This document shows positions 27,034-38,200 of a stretch of DNA of 64,000 nt, piece by piece (positions within the stretch are counted from its first letter, which is position 1; the number at the start of each line of letters is the position of its first letter). Position numbers and translations under genes: made by a program. The stretch spans positions 3,936,001 through 4,000,000 of the forward strand of contig OZ244937.1 in the NCBI GenBank assembly GCA_965222075.1, given 5' to 3'. Under the pieces are notes generated by a model that worked only from the letters and a program-made list of their open reading frames with translations, did not search any database and had not been told where the DNA came from. The DNA is from Candidatus Latescibacterota bacterium. GTDB taxonomy: Bacteria; Latescibacterota; UBA2968; GCA-2709665.

Positions 27034-28332
27034 TTACGTAAACCGGATCCTCGGATTCAGGTACGTATAGGCCAGATCCCCGATCAACCGCGTCACAACA
27101 GCGATCGTCACCAGCAGCATCGCCGCTGCTTCCACCGCGTTAAAATCTCCAAATAGCGCAGAGTCATAAATGTAGAGACCCAGCCCTGGATATCCAAACA
27201 CCGCCTCTACCACCACCAGCCCCCCGATCAGCCAGTTCACGTGCAGCATAATCACCGTAATCGGCACGATCAACGCATTACGCAGCGCATGCCGCAGCAC
27301 CACGCGCCCCAGCGGCAATCCCTTGAGAATCGCCGTCCGGATGTACGGACTGTTCATCACCTCGATCATACTCGCCCGGGTCATCCGGATCACATAGCCC
27401 AGCTCGACCGCCGTCAGGGTGAGCACTGGAAGCACCAGCAGACTGGGATCTCCAAAAACCGCGTCCTTATTCAGGAAAACCGAAACCGCCGGCAGCGCCT
27501 TGAGCCAGATTCCGAAGATCAGAATCAGAAAAATACCGGTCACAAACTCCGGGGTGGCCGTCGCAATCAAACTCCCGATCGACAGCACGCGGTCGACCGG
27601 CCTGCCCGCACACACTCCGGCCACAATCCCCAGAAAAAGCGCCAAGGGCATAATCGACACAAATGCCAGGGCAGCTAAGACCGCCGTATTTCGCAGCCGG
27701 GGAAAAATCGTAGACGCAACCGGACGCCCCGTGCGCAGCGACTGCCCCGGATCGCCCCCCAGCAGCCCCTTCTGAAGCGGAATATACTGCTGCGGGCCAT
27801 CCCCCTTCTTCTGGAACCCCGCCGGCGTCAAAACCCAGACTTCGGTCCCGGCGCCCCGTACCCATTTGACCGCACGGTTCCCAGGATCCACTCCCCAGAA
27901 GAATTCAGACCCATCCCCGGCCGTCCGCCACAAATGGTCGGTCGGCTCGGCACGCGTGGACCCATCGGCCTGCCGGCGCAGGGCGATCAACCGGTCTCCA
28001 TCCATCTTCCAGCGGGTCAACTGTCCACCCTCTTCTGTCCACCACTCCCACTCACCCGTCTGGGAATTGGCCACCCTGCGCAGCGGAAAGCCGATGCGGT
28101 CATCCACCCACCAGTCATTCCCGGCCAGCCAGGTCACATACCGCAGCCACAAAGACTGATCGAGCCCGAGCTGCGCCCGGTACGACGCCCTCTGCTCAGG
28201 CGTTGCAAACGTCCCCAAAATCTTTACCGTCACATCCCCGCTGCCGGCCTCCAAAAGCACAAACAGCACGGCCGAAACCAGCAGCATCGTCACGATCATA
28301 GACAACAGACTTCGCAGTAGAAAACGCGCCAT
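27034..28332 (-). CDS. peptide/nickel ABC transporter permease (DppB/OppB family) with large extracytoplasmic insertion
   Basis: LGLDQSLWLRYVTWL, RMTRASMIEV...YIRTAILKG (EAA loop), VEAVFGYPGLG, LNPRIR. Confidence 0.88.
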   Translation of the reverse strand: MARFLLRSLLSMIVTMLLVSAVLFVLLEAGSGDVTVKILGTFATPEQRASYRAQLGLDQSLWLRYVTWLAGNDWWVDDRIGFPLRRVANSQTGEWEWWTEEGGQLTRWKMDGDRLIALRRQADGSTRAEPTDHLWRTAGDGSEFFWGVDPGNRAVKWVRGAGTEVWVLTPAGFQKKGDGPQQYIPLQKGLLGGDPGQSLRTGRPVASTIFPRLRNTAVLAALAFVSIMPLALFLGIVAGVCAGRPVDRVLSIGSLIATATPEFVTGIFLILIFGIWLKALPAVSVFLNKDAVFGDPSLLVLPVLTLTAVELGYVIRMTRASMIEVMNSPYIRTAILKGLPLGRVVLRHALRNALIVPITVIMLHVNWLIGGLVVVEAVFGYPGLGLYIYDSALFGDFNAVEAAAMLLVTIAVVTRLIGDLAYTYLNPRIRFT

Positions 28333-28405
28333 ACCTGCTCCTTACGTCAGTCACGGGTCATAAGTCTTTTTTTCTGACTTTAGACCCACGAGCTCACGAC
28401 GCTCT

Positions 28406-30055
28406 TCAAGCATCCTTCCACACATCGTAAAACAGATCGTAACTCGTCGGGTGCGCCCTCACATTCTTGAACTCGGAACGCGTGATATTCCAGACCTTGC
28501 GCCAGAACGAAATGCCGATGGGACCCCGGTCCTGCATAATCTCTTCGATCCGACACATAACCCCTCGCCGGGCCTCCACATCAAGCATACTCTCCGCCTC
28601 GCGCAGCAGGATGTTGAGTTCAGCGTCAATCCAGCGGGTTTCATTCCAGGGTACAGGGTTGCCGTCTTTGTCGGCCGTATAAGCCAATGCCAGAACCATG
28701 GTACCGAGCGGGCGATGGGTCCAGGTGGTAATGCCCAGATTCACCTCCGTCCAGCGCTCCCAGTAGTTGGACGGCTCTACAATATCCAGTTCGATCTCAA
28801 TCCCACCGGGTGCAGCCATCTCCTTCAAGGCCTGGGCAATCTCCGGTTCTGCCATATCGTTTTTTGTCGTAAGCGTAACCTTGAGACCGTCGACATAGCC
28901 GGCTTCCGCCAGTAACGCCCTGGCCTTTTCGGGGTTATATTCGGGAATCGGTTTTTCGCAATACGCGGGGTGAACCGGCGCCACGTGGGCATCCATGCCC
29001 AGATCGCCCTGTCCGAAATAAGCAAGTCGCAAGATCTCCCTGCGGTCCTGGCAGAGCTTGAGCGCCTGGCGCACGCGCGCATCGTTCCACGGCTCTAAGT
29101 CTACCCGCATGCGCAACACGAACGTCTGGGCGGTACTCACAGGACGGATCGTAAGCCCCGGCACATCTTTCAAGGCCAGCCAGTCGGGTGGGCGCGACTG
29201 AAACGTCGTATCAATCTGTCCGGATTGCATCGCCGCAACGCGCGTGTCTTGCCCCAGGTCCAGATAGACCAATTCGTCTAAGTACGGAAGCGGATTTCCG
29301 GCCTTGTCCGTGCGCCAATATCCCTCCCGCCGCCTCAGAATTACCCGCTCTGTCTCCGTGTATTCCACCAGCTTGAACGGGCCGGTGCCGACCGGCTGCT
29401 TGATAAAATCGCCCTCAAAACCACGGTGCATAATCAACGCCGGGTAATGGAACAGGTGCTCCGGCACCGCAATCTGCGACGCGTCTAAGTGCAGGCGAAC
29501 CGTATACGCATCCACTTTTTCAACATTGTTCCTGTTGAGGTAGGACATCAGCCCCAGCACCGAAGAGCCCACATCCGGATTGAGCCACTGGTTGAAATTA
29601 AAAATCACATCGTCGGCAGTCAATTCATCCCCATTGTTAAACCTGATCCCCTTACGCAGATAAAGCGTCCAGGTCTTGACCTCCTCATCCGCCTCCCACC
29701 GCTCCAACAGCCAGGGACGCGTGAGGTTATCCGGTCCCGTCTCGGTCAAATACTCCGCCACCTGCCGCAGCTGGTTGGCCCCCTCCACCCACGAAAGTCG
29801 GGCCGGGTGGTCGATCCGCTGGACCGCAGACCCAACCTTCAGCGTCCCCCCCCTCCGGATAGCACCCGGTGCCGCCTGCTTTTCAACCACCGGCGTCTCC
29901 TCCCCTCCGCATCCGATCAGAACCTGCGCCGCTGGAACCGATACCCCCAAAAGCGTCGCAAACCGCAGGAACTCCCTCCGGTTCATCTTCCCTTTATAAA
30001 AATCCCTCCGCGTGTCCATCACTGCTGGATGGATTTTCCCGGGTAATTTCACCAT
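28406..30055 (-). CDS. ABC transporter substrate-binding protein (family 5), Tat/lipoprotein signal
   Basis: NRREFLR twin-arginine, LIGC lipobox, GGTLK, PVGTGPFK; ATG 30055 after AAGGAG. Confidence 0.9.
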   Translation of the reverse strand: MVKLPGKIHPAVMDTRRDFYKGKMNRREFLRFATLLGVSVPAAQVLIGCGGEETPVVEKQAAPGAIRRGGTLKVGSAVQRIDHPARLSWVEGANQLRQVAEYLTETGPDNLTRPWLLERWEADEEVKTWTLYLRKGIRFNNGDELTADDVIFNFNQWLNPDVGSSVLGLMSYLNRNNVEKVDAYTVRLHLDASQIAVPEHLFHYPALIMHRGFEGDFIKQPVGTGPFKLVEYTETERVILRRREGYWRTDKAGNPLPYLDELVYLDLGQDTRVAAMQSGQIDTTFQSRPPDWLALKDVPGLTIRPVSTAQTFVLRMRVDLEPWNDARVRQALKLCQDRREILRLAYFGQGDLGMDAHVAPVHPAYCEKPIPEYNPEKARALLAEAGYVDGLKVTLTTKNDMAEPEIAQALKEMAAPGGIEIELDIVEPSNYWERWTEVNLGITTWTHRPLGTMVLALAYTADKDGNPVPWNETRWIDAELNILLREAESMLDVEARRGVMCRIEEIMQDRGPIGISFWRKVWNITRSEFKNVRAHPTSYDLFYDVWKDA

Positions 30056-30073
30056 ATCTCCTTGCTTGTAGAG

Positions 30074-30137
30074 GCCCTCACCCCCGTCCTCCTCCCCCGT
30101 GTGCGGGAAAGAGGGGTGCCTCGCACAGCGTGAGGGC
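30074..30137. repeat. CCCTCACCCC-type palindromic intergenic repeat
   Basis: outer GCCCTCAC/GTGAGGGC inverted repeat with an inner CCTC..CCC/GGG..GAGG stem. Confidence 0.5.
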
Positions 30138-30140
30138 GGA

Positions 30141-31142
30141 TCACACCCAAACCTCTCCAAAAATCCGAAGCCAGTTTCCTCCCAGAATCTTCGCCACATC
30201 CGCCTCGCTGTACCCACGCCCGAGCAGTTCTCCTGCAATATTGACGAACTTATCGGGGGTTTCCATGCCTTTTGGATGGATCAGGGGATCCGGATATCCA
30301 AGCGACCGTTCCTGATACCTGGTTCCCTGCTGGGCAAAGAGCCAGTCGAAAAAGGATGCGGGTTGATCCTGCGTGTAGTCGGTTCCGATGCCCACATGGT
30401 CAATGCCCACCCGTTCCACCAGGTCCTCAATGGCGTCTACGTATTCTTGCAGGGTTGTGTCAAAGGTATTGGGGAAGAACGAGGGAAAGGCATTCGCGCC
30501 GATCATCCCCCCTTTTTCGGTGATAAGCTTCAGCGCCTCGTCGGTTTTGTTGCGCACGTGGTCGAAAAAGGCACGGGCGTTTGCATGGGTGCAGGCCACC
30601 GGCTTTTCCGACACTTCCGCAGCGTCCAGCGTGGTTCGGTCTCCCACGTGGGAAAGGTCGATGAGGATGCCCAGGCGGTTCATTTCCCGGATCGCATCCA
30701 CCCCGAAGTTGCTGAGGCCCTCATCCCTCCGGTCGTAGCAGCCGTTGCCGATCAGGTTGCGCTCGTTGTACGTAATCTGGATGATGCGCACGCCCAGCTC
30801 ATAGAACAGCGCCAGCCGGTCCAGATCATTCTCGATGGGAGAGGCATTCTGCCATCCGATGAGGATGCCCACCCTGCGGTCGGCTTTTGCCCGGTAAATG
30901 TCCTGCACCGTCTTGACCTGGGTCAGAATGTCGCCGTAGTCTTTGAACCGGCGCAGCCAGGCGGCGATGTTGTCCATTCCCTCCCTGTAGTTTTCCCAGA
31001 TTGCGCTTGTGGCATTGATGGCGGTAACCCCGCCCGCGTGCAGGCTTTTGAAGACAGCGGGGCTTTCCCAGTTGCTCACGTTCAGCGCGTCTACGACGAT
31101 GGCCTCATCATAAAGTCGTTTTACCGTGTTTTCTATGGACAT
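30141..31142 (-). CDS. membrane dipeptidase (M19) family protein
   Basis: QITYNERN, MNRLGILIDLSHVG, THAN, HVGIGTD, LGGNWLR. Confidence 0.9.
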   Translation of the reverse strand: MSIENTVKRLYDEAIVVDALNVSNWESPAVFKSLHAGGVTAINATSAIWENYREGMDNIAAWLRRFKDYGDILTQVKTVQDIYRAKADRRVGILIGWQNASPIENDLDRLALFYELGVRIIQITYNERNLIGNGCYDRRDEGLSNFGVDAIREMNRLGILIDLSHVGDRTTLDAAEVSEKPVACTHANARAFFDHVRNKTDEALKLITEKGGMIGANAFPSFFPNTFDTTLQEYVDAIEDLVERVGIDHVGIGTDYTQDQPASFFDWLFAQQGTRYQERSLGYPDPLIHPKGMETPDKFVNIAGELLGRGYSEADVAKILGGNWLRIFGEVWV

Positions 31143-31158
31143 TTTTCGCTCCTTACAC

Positions 31159-32385
31159 CTAAGCGCATCTGGAGAACCAGACGGTGACCCCAATAAGGGC
31201 CAGTGAAAATACCAGGCCCACGATGCTTACAGCCATGATGTCACCCCAGGCAAAGACAAAGCCTGTGCCCAGGCTTCCGGTTCCGGCCGCCAGGGCGATC
31301 ATCATTTCGTTGGCGCCCTGCGCCCGTCCCCGTTCGTCGGATGACAGGGCGCTGGAGAGCAATGACGAGCCGGCGATAAAACAGAAGTTCCAGCCCAATC
31401 CCAGCAGGAAAAGCGCAAAGGCAAGCGAAGCCATACCCGCAGAAACCGGCGTCAACAGGCTGGATACGGTCAGCATGATCGAGCCGATGATGATGATGGG
31501 GATCCGGCCCGCACGGTCGATGAGCCAACCGGTGAGGGTGGACAGGCCGTACATGCCCAGGGTATGCGACATAATCACCCAGGAGATGGCTTTCAGGCTG
31601 TGGCTGTGGTGGTCCATGTGCAGGGGTGTGATCACCATGATCAGGGTCATGACAAGCTGGCCGATGACCATTGTGGTAACGGCCAGCCGTACGGTCCCTC
31701 CGGCGAAGATGAGGCGCAGGGACCGGGCCGGGGAGTCGGCCTCACGGGCCTGCCGGTGGACCACCAGTCTGCGTCCGACCGCCATCGGGTCCGGGCGAAG
31801 CAGTATAAAGGTTAAGGCCGCGGACAGGGCAGCGAATACCGTGGCTGCGAGATAGGGGCCGGTATGGGCATGCAGACCATACTCCGCCGCAAGCCGGCCC
31901 GAAGGGTCAACCAGGAGAGGACCGCCAATTGCGCCAACCGCGCCGGCAAAAACAATCAGGCCGATGACTTTGGCCTGCCGGTGGGGCAGATAGACTTCGG
32001 CTGCGACAAAGCGCGCCTGTTCGCTGGCGCCGCGCCCCATCCCGAACAGCACAGAACCGACACAAAAACCCATAAATGAGCCCGATATAATGGACGCCAC
32101 GCTCAGCATAGCGCCCAGCATGGCCAGCATGTAACCAAGCGATAAGCCCGGCCGCCGTCCCACGCGGTCCATGAGCCAGCCAACCGGGTAGGCGGCCGCC
32201 GACCGCCCCAGCATTGTGAGCATGGGGGGCACACCTGCTGCACTGTCGCTTCCGCTCAGGTGCGCGGCAACAATCGCTATTAAGGTGAACGAGGCGATCA
32301 TGGCCGCCCCGAATAAGCTCTGAGAAAGAAACAGCGTCGCTGTAATGCGCTTCTGGACAGACTGCGAAACAGTCACGATTGACAT
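31159..32385 (-). CDS. MFS transporter
   Basis: about 12 hydrophobic segments; motif A in GWLMDRVGRR and GWLIDRAGR. Confidence 0.9.
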   Translation of the reverse strand: MSIVTVSQSVQKRITATLFLSQSLFGAAMIASFTLIAIVAAHLSGSDSAAGVPPMLTMLGRSAAAYPVGWLMDRVGRRPGLSLGYMLAMLGAMLSVASIISGSFMGFCVGSVLFGMGRGASEQARFVAAEVYLPHRQAKVIGLIVFAGAVGAIGGPLLVDPSGRLAAEYGLHAHTGPYLAATVFAALSAALTFILLRPDPMAVGRRLVVHRQAREADSPARSLRLIFAGGTVRLAVTTMVIGQLVMTLIMVITPLHMDHHSHSLKAISWVIMSHTLGMYGLSTLTGWLIDRAGRIPIIIIGSIMLTVSSLLTPVSAGMASLAFALFLLGLGWNFCFIAGSSLLSSALSSDERGRAQGANEMMIALAAGTGSLGTGFVFAWGDIMAVSIVGLVFSLALIGVTVWFSRCA

Positions 32386-32409
32386 AGATTCAATCTGTTG
32401 AGCGCCGGC

Positions 32410-34023
32410 TCAATCGGTACCTCCCAAACGTGTAGAGACCGTCGTAGAGGGTGCCCCCTCATTCGGAGGTCGCCGGTAGTCCACGGCGGTGATCCGGTAA
32501 AAATAAGATTCGGATGCCGCACCCCGATCCATATACCGCGTTGTGTCCAGCGGGGCCTCATTCAGGCGGTCGAACGGCCCTTCCGGCCCGGGTGCGCGGT
32601 ACACGATGTACCCTTTCAGCCCTGTAAGCGCCGTGCCGTCGGCATCCGTTTCCGGAGGCCGCCACGAAATCCGCAGATCCTGTCCGCTGCAAACGACTTC
32701 AGGGTACAGCGGAGCGCCAGGCGCCCACCTGTCGTGCGCCTGCGTCGCAATTCCCAGCATCGCGGCCGTAACGGCAATATAGGCCGACTGGTCCTGAATC
32801 GAAACCTCCTTTTCGAAGTACGCGGCCATCGCTTCCCAGATCCGGTAGTTGTACCCGGCCAGGTAGAGAAAGCCCCACCCCCAGCAGCCCCGATCCGCAT
32901 CGTGCTTATTGGGGGCGCCGTCTACGTAATACCCGAACTTCGGCTCCTCAAGGCTCCCGTTCCAGACGTTGTGGACGAACGTATTGGCCATCCTCTCAAG
33001 ATCCCTCTCGGTGAAACTCAGGCCGCTTTGCACCCCCTGCAGCGCCGCCTGAATATCGATAAAACCATGCCCCACATCCTCCATCAGGTCGGACCAGTGG
33101 CTGTTGGGACCGTATTTCCAGGTATAAGCGTCCACTTCCGCATCGTACTGCAGCTGATCGTGGAAGAACCGCATCATCTGCTCGCTCTGGGCCGCGTAAA
33201 ACGGCACAAACGCCTCTTTATACGGCCTGTAGTACGGCGATCTGGAAAGGCGACGGAGCGTCACCAGCGCATCCGCGAACGACAGGTACATATTCAGCGG
33301 CTGGTTCTTCCACCCAGACCATTCGTAGACGTGGTACCCCCGGTCCTCGCGATAGCGGCTGTTGTCCTCTTCGGTCCACCCCGGGTCCGGCGCCCAGTTG
33401 GCATACCACTTGGCAATCACGTCCTCTTCCACAATGCGGAGGCAGTCATCCGCTTTGGCCCTGTAGGCCGCGTGCAAAGACGGATCGTACCAGACCAGCT
33501 CCACAAATGCCAGGATCGGGCTGATGATCAACCCATCGTCGCAGAACCATTCGGTATATTCGGGCTTGTACTGGCTGTATCGGTCCTGCCCCCAGCCTCT
33601 GTAGCCGTCCACGTATCGGGGATCGTAGACTTCATAGGGTGGCACGTCCGAGCGGGCTTTTAGAATGCGGTCTATCTGTTTGACCATTTTGTCCAGCCAG
33701 ACCGTTTCTTTGAAGGTCCGGTAGAGGTTCAGGTACATCCTCTGGACATAGCCCGAAGGGCCCCAGGCGAACGTTCCTCCGTCGCGGCCATCCAGATAAT
33801 TGTCTCCGTATGCTTGATCCCACGTTACAAAAGCTGCGTACCAGTCGGTACTTGTGGGTCCCTCAAAGGGGATGGCCGGAGGGTGCTGTGCTGACATGGC
33901 GCTTTCCGGATCGGACAGGGGGTTCACCCGCTCCCTCGCTTCAGGCTGTCCTATCAACAAGAGCAGGCTCACCATACCCATCCGGAACCTGCACGCGCAT
34001 CGCATGGTCTTCACGCTTTGCAT
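32410..34023 (-). CDS. hypothetical secreted protein (alpha/alpha-barrel-like + C-terminal fibronectin III domain)
   Basis: signal-like N-terminus, aromatic-rich helical core, Fn3 pattern ISWRPP...GYIVYR...YFYRITAVD. Confidence 0.6.
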   Translation of the reverse strand: MQSVKTMRCACRFRMGMVSLLLLIGQPEARERVNPLSDPESAMSAQHPPAIPFEGPTSTDWYAAFVTWDQAYGDNYLDGRDGGTFAWGPSGYVQRMYLNLYRTFKETVWLDKMVKQIDRILKARSDVPPYEVYDPRYVDGYRGWGQDRYSQYKPEYTEWFCDDGLIISPILAFVELVWYDPSLHAAYRAKADDCLRIVEEDVIAKWYANWAPDPGWTEEDNSRYREDRGYHVYEWSGWKNQPLNMYLSFADALVTLRRLSRSPYYRPYKEAFVPFYAAQSEQMMRFFHDQLQYDAEVDAYTWKYGPNSHWSDLMEDVGHGFIDIQAALQGVQSGLSFTERDLERMANTFVHNVWNGSLEEPKFGYYVDGAPNKHDADRGCWGWGFLYLAGYNYRIWEAMAAYFEKEVSIQDQSAYIAVTAAMLGIATQAHDRWAPGAPLYPEVVCSGQDLRISWRPPETDADGTALTGLKGYIVYRAPGPEGPFDRLNEAPLDTTRYMDRGAASESYFYRITAVDYRRPPNEGAPSTTVSTRLGGTD

Positions 34024-34035
34024 GCGGAATGTTCT

Positions 34036-34866
34036 TCACCCGGCGCAGATCATTCCGGTGTGGCGAAGAAAAGCTTCCACATCTTGCCAGAAGACGTCCC
34101 AGTTGGGGGGCATGGTATTGTGCCCGGCTTCGTAGGTGATCAGCCTGCCCTGTGGGGCGGCCCGGCTCAGAGCCCCTCCGTGCGTGTGGGGAATGAGGCT
34201 GTCACGTTTTCCGTGGACCACGAGAACCGGACCGGCGTAGGAACTGACGACCGAGAGATTGTCGAAGGGGTCCAAAACCAGGAAGCCGGGCACCAGACGC
34301 CGCGCGGCGAGCGCCCGGATGCTGGTAAATGTCGACATCAAAATCAGCGCCGCAGAAGGCCGCCGGGCAGCAAGGGCGCAGACGGCACCCCCACCCAGAG
34401 AACGCCCGCACAGAACGATTCGGGACGGGTCAACGTCCTTTCGAGCAACGAGGGTGTCGTATGCGGCGATGAAGGTGTCGGTAATGGTCTGTTGAGATGG
34501 CGACCCCTCCGAGCGCCCGTATCCGGGATATTCGACGAGCAGCAGGCCCATGCCCAGACGCGTGAACCCCTGAAGCTCACCGGGCCAGATGTCGATTAAC
34601 TCCGTATTGCCGTGGGCAAAAATAACCGCCGGCGCAGGTTCTTCCTTCAACTGGGGAGGGAGGAACCAGGCTTCGACCTTCCCGAAGGGCATGTCCAGCC
34701 AGATCACTTTCAGGCCCGGGACCAGGGGCGCTCCCACCCCTTCCCCGGCCTGTGCGCGGGGAAACACCATTTGCCGCTGCAGCAGGAAAAGCAGACAGCA
34801 GTAGGCGAGGTATAATAAAAATCCTCCCAGGACGATTTGAATCGGAAGAGGCAAGTTCCTGCCCAT
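34036..34866 (-). CDS. alpha/beta hydrolase (ABHD13/YfhR-like)
   Basis: FAHGN, EYPGYGRSEGSPS, GRSLGG, VHGKRD, AGHN. Confidence 0.88.
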   Translation of the reverse strand: MGRNLPLPIQIVLGGFLLYLAYCCLLFLLQRQMVFPRAQAGEGVGAPLVPGLKVIWLDMPFGKVEAWFLPPQLKEEPAPAVIFAHGNTELIDIWPGELQGFTRLGMGLLLVEYPGYGRSEGSPSQQTITDTFIAAYDTLVARKDVDPSRIVLCGRSLGGGAVCALAARRPSAALILMSTFTSIRALAARRLVPGFLVLDPFDNLSVVSSYAGPVLVVHGKRDSLIPHTHGGALSRAAPQGRLITYEAGHNTMPPNWDVFWQDVEAFLRHTGMICAG

Positions 34867-34928
34867 TGTACAGTAACCTGAAACCCTGTTGGAAATAAGC
34901 ATCCTGACTGTGACGACTTCACCTTCCG

Positions 34929-35110
34929 CTATCCAGTATATAAAAAAAACGCGCCTCTGACAACCATCTCCGCCAGTGATGCAAGCCGGAGGGCCATTTC
35001 TTCTTTTAGAAAAATGACGGCCATGATCAACCCAAAAGCGGGTGAGACCGACCCCAGGGTGGCCATTTTGGCCGGACCGAATGAAAAACAGAAAAACACG
35101 TCCCAGCACC
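34929..35110 (-). pseudogene. EamA/DMT transporter C-terminal relic
   Basis: GPAKMATLGSVSPAFGLIMAVIFLKEE matches the last EamA helices; upstream part missing. Confidence 0.55.
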
Positions 35111-35248
35111 CGCAGCTCACAACCGGCAATATTCTGCTTGACACAGTACGCATCCTGCCCCATCATATCCAACCCGGAGAACGCCCAACGGGCCGCGGAC
35201 GCCCGGTTTCCGGTTGCAATTTTAGCCTGTGTTCGAGAGGATTTGAAA

Positions 35249-38200
35249 ATGACTGGTTCAAAGCGAACCGAAAGTCAAAAGGTCGGACGCGTCGCCGCAC
35301 CCCGCTGGAACAGCGCGGGGGAGCGCGAATGCAGGGAGCGATTGGAAGCGCTCAAAGTGAAATACTATCGAAGCGCGAAACGGGTTGAACACCCCTGCCT
35401 GAGCATCCAGGAGGAGAACCTTGACGTTGCACGGGCCAACATCCAGAAACACGACTGGGCCAGACAACACTACGAGGGCATGCTGGCCCTGGCCGGCCAC
35501 TATACCGACCGTTCTGCGGCCTGGAGCGATACGATGGTGCCCGACCTGACGCCCCTCCATGTGTACGGCACTTTCTGTCCCGTCTGCGAGGCCGACAATA
35601 CGTACAGAATGAAGTGGGATTATCGGGATCCCGAGAAGCTCGTCTGTTTCCACTGCGGCGCTGCCATGACCGATCAGCGCTTTGTAGAAAGCGGCCGGCT
35701 GAGACTCCCCCGCTCCGGGCAGGTGCTTCCCTATTATGTCCGGCCCGGGGAAGTGGACGATCGCCGGTTTTCAACGGGCCGAAACGCTTTTATGTGGGCA
35801 GGACGCAAGGTGCATTCGTCCTACCAGGGCGCCATCCGCCAGAACAAGGCGCACCACATGACAGGGGTCGCCCGCACGCTGGCCGTGGTTTACCGCATGA
35901 CCGGGGAAGATCGCTACGCCCGCACCGCCGCTGCGGTTCTGAAGCGGTTTGCAGAGGTCTATCCCACTTATCTTTTTCACGACTACTGGAATACCTACAT
36001 GGACTGCGATCCCCTCTATGCCTGCGAACTTATGGCCCGGGACGAAAATATCGGCAAATATGAGGTCAACGCCTGTCCGGACCAGGACGCCCGGTCCGCT
36101 ATGGCAAGCGGCAAGCTTATCCAGACCTTCTGGGGCTGCGGGCGGCTGTCTTCCGGCGGCGTGCAGGCCGAAGCCCGTCATCTCGTCAACCTCGCCGAGG
36201 CGCTGGATCTGATCTGGGACGCAACGGATCGAGAGGGCCATCTTTTTCTGACCGAAGGGGAGCGGAAGACCGTAGTTCGGAACCTGATCGTCGAGGGGCT
36301 GTTTGCCTTTACCCACTGGGAGGGGATCAACAACAAGGTCGCGGGCTGCCGGGTGGGCGAAGTGGCCCTGGGCCGGTTTCTGGGGGCGCCGGCGTACGTT
36401 CACCGGGGCGTGGAAGGGTTCAAGCCTTATGTGAGGGGGTTCTTCAAGTTCGACGGCTCTACGGCCGAAGGCTCGGGCTATTACGCGTACGGCACGTCCA
36501 ACGTCCACGATTTGCCGGAAGTGGCTCGCGGCTATAGCGATCCTCTGTCGTACCGCCGGAAAGACCGCTTCGACGATCTGGATCTCTACGATCCCGACGG
36601 ACCCTATCGCACAGTGCTTCGGGCCCGGGCCTATATGACGCTGCCCGACGGCCGGGTGCCCCACACCGCCGATGCCCAGGAAGGCGGGCCGGGATGGCCC
36701 GGACCGACCTGGCTGCACAACATCGGTCTTGTGCGCCTGGGCAAGGAGTTCGCCCCCTTTGTCCGGCTGGACAGCGGAGACGACTTCGCCCTGTTCAACC
36801 GTCCCGCCGACCTCGAACCGATTGATCCTCCCCCGGTGCGGGATCTCTTCTTTCCCGGCTGGCTGCTGGCCATTTTCAATACCGGGTACGAGCATATGTT
36901 CCAGGAGGATCTGGCCGGCACGGCCACTTTCCTGATGAATTTCTACGAGCCCGAAGGACACGACCATCCCGACGCGCTCAATATCGCCATGTTCGCCGAG
37001 GGGGTTGAGGTGCTTTCCGACCTGGGCTATATCGGCGACCATCCCCTGAATGCCAGCATCAAAAGCACCTTGAAGCACAATCTGGTCGTTGTTGACGAGA
37101 AGGAGCAGCTGCCGCGCGGCCGGCGCCCTCCCGGCAGCGTGCGTCTGATTGCCGCTTCGCCCCGGGTTAAATTTATCGAAGCCGATTGCAAAGCTTACGA
37201 TGAAGCTGATGTGTACCGCCGCTCCTGCTTTATGGTTCACCGGGGAAAAGGACCGGCCTATCTCGTGGATGGCTTCCGGGTGAAAGGCGGCAGGGTCCAC
37301 GATTATGCGATCCACGGCGAAGGTAAGATCACCTCCCGGCCCGTGGCTGCAAACAGCAGGCCCATCTCTCTTAAAAGCCGGAAAGGGGTTATCGGCCGCG
37401 ACATTGAAAATCTCCGCGCCGGCGCTCCCAGAGGTCCCTGGTCCACAGCATGGACGGACGAGGGTATGACCATGCGCGTCCGGTTCCTCTCGCCTACCGA
37501 GGAGGTTATCCTCGGAGACGGCCCCGGGCAGCGGGACCACGCGGAGATCGGACTTCGGAAGGATTATCTTTTTGCACGAAACCGCGAACAGGGAAGCGGG
37601 AATGGTTTTGTGACCCTGATCGACCACTACCGCAAAACCCCCGATATCACCGGCGTTCGATCCATCCTCCCGCCCGGCGGCGCAGACGGCCCCACAGCGC
37701 TTCAGATTACCCGCCGGGGCGGTACCGATATTGTGCTTCAGACACCGGATGGGTCGGACCTGACAGCCGAGAGGTTTGCGCTCACCGGCCGGGCGGCGGT
37801 CTACACTCAAGAAAGAGGAGGGCGCTCCGCCCTCTTTCTGGCAGAGGCGGCCCGTTTCGCGTCGCCCGATTTCTCGGTTGTATTGAAGCGTCCGGTTATC
37901 GAAGGTGAGATCGCTTCTTACGACAGTACGGGTTTCCAGGCCGCCGTTGCGATTCCCGATGGCGCTGCTCTTGGGAGCAGCTTTGTTGAGGTTGAAGATC
38001 CGGACCAGGGCTGCTGGACGGCCTATGCGGTCAAATCGGTAAGAGGCCGTTGCATCGCCGTTAATTACTTCCCCTTCAACGGCGGTTCCCGCTTTCGCAT
38101 TCCTTCCGTCTTCTGGATGGAAGAGGACACAAAGCACTGCTTCCGCATCCGAACCACCACCTCTGCGGAGATCAAAATTCGAACATCGCTTAAAAAGGCC

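Noticed and set aside
35771-38137. 788-aa antisense ORF, and similar long antisense ORFs (1865-3394, 10462-11817, 60728-62248)
   Set aside because: Shadow frames of real genes in GC-rich DNA, with no recognisable motifs
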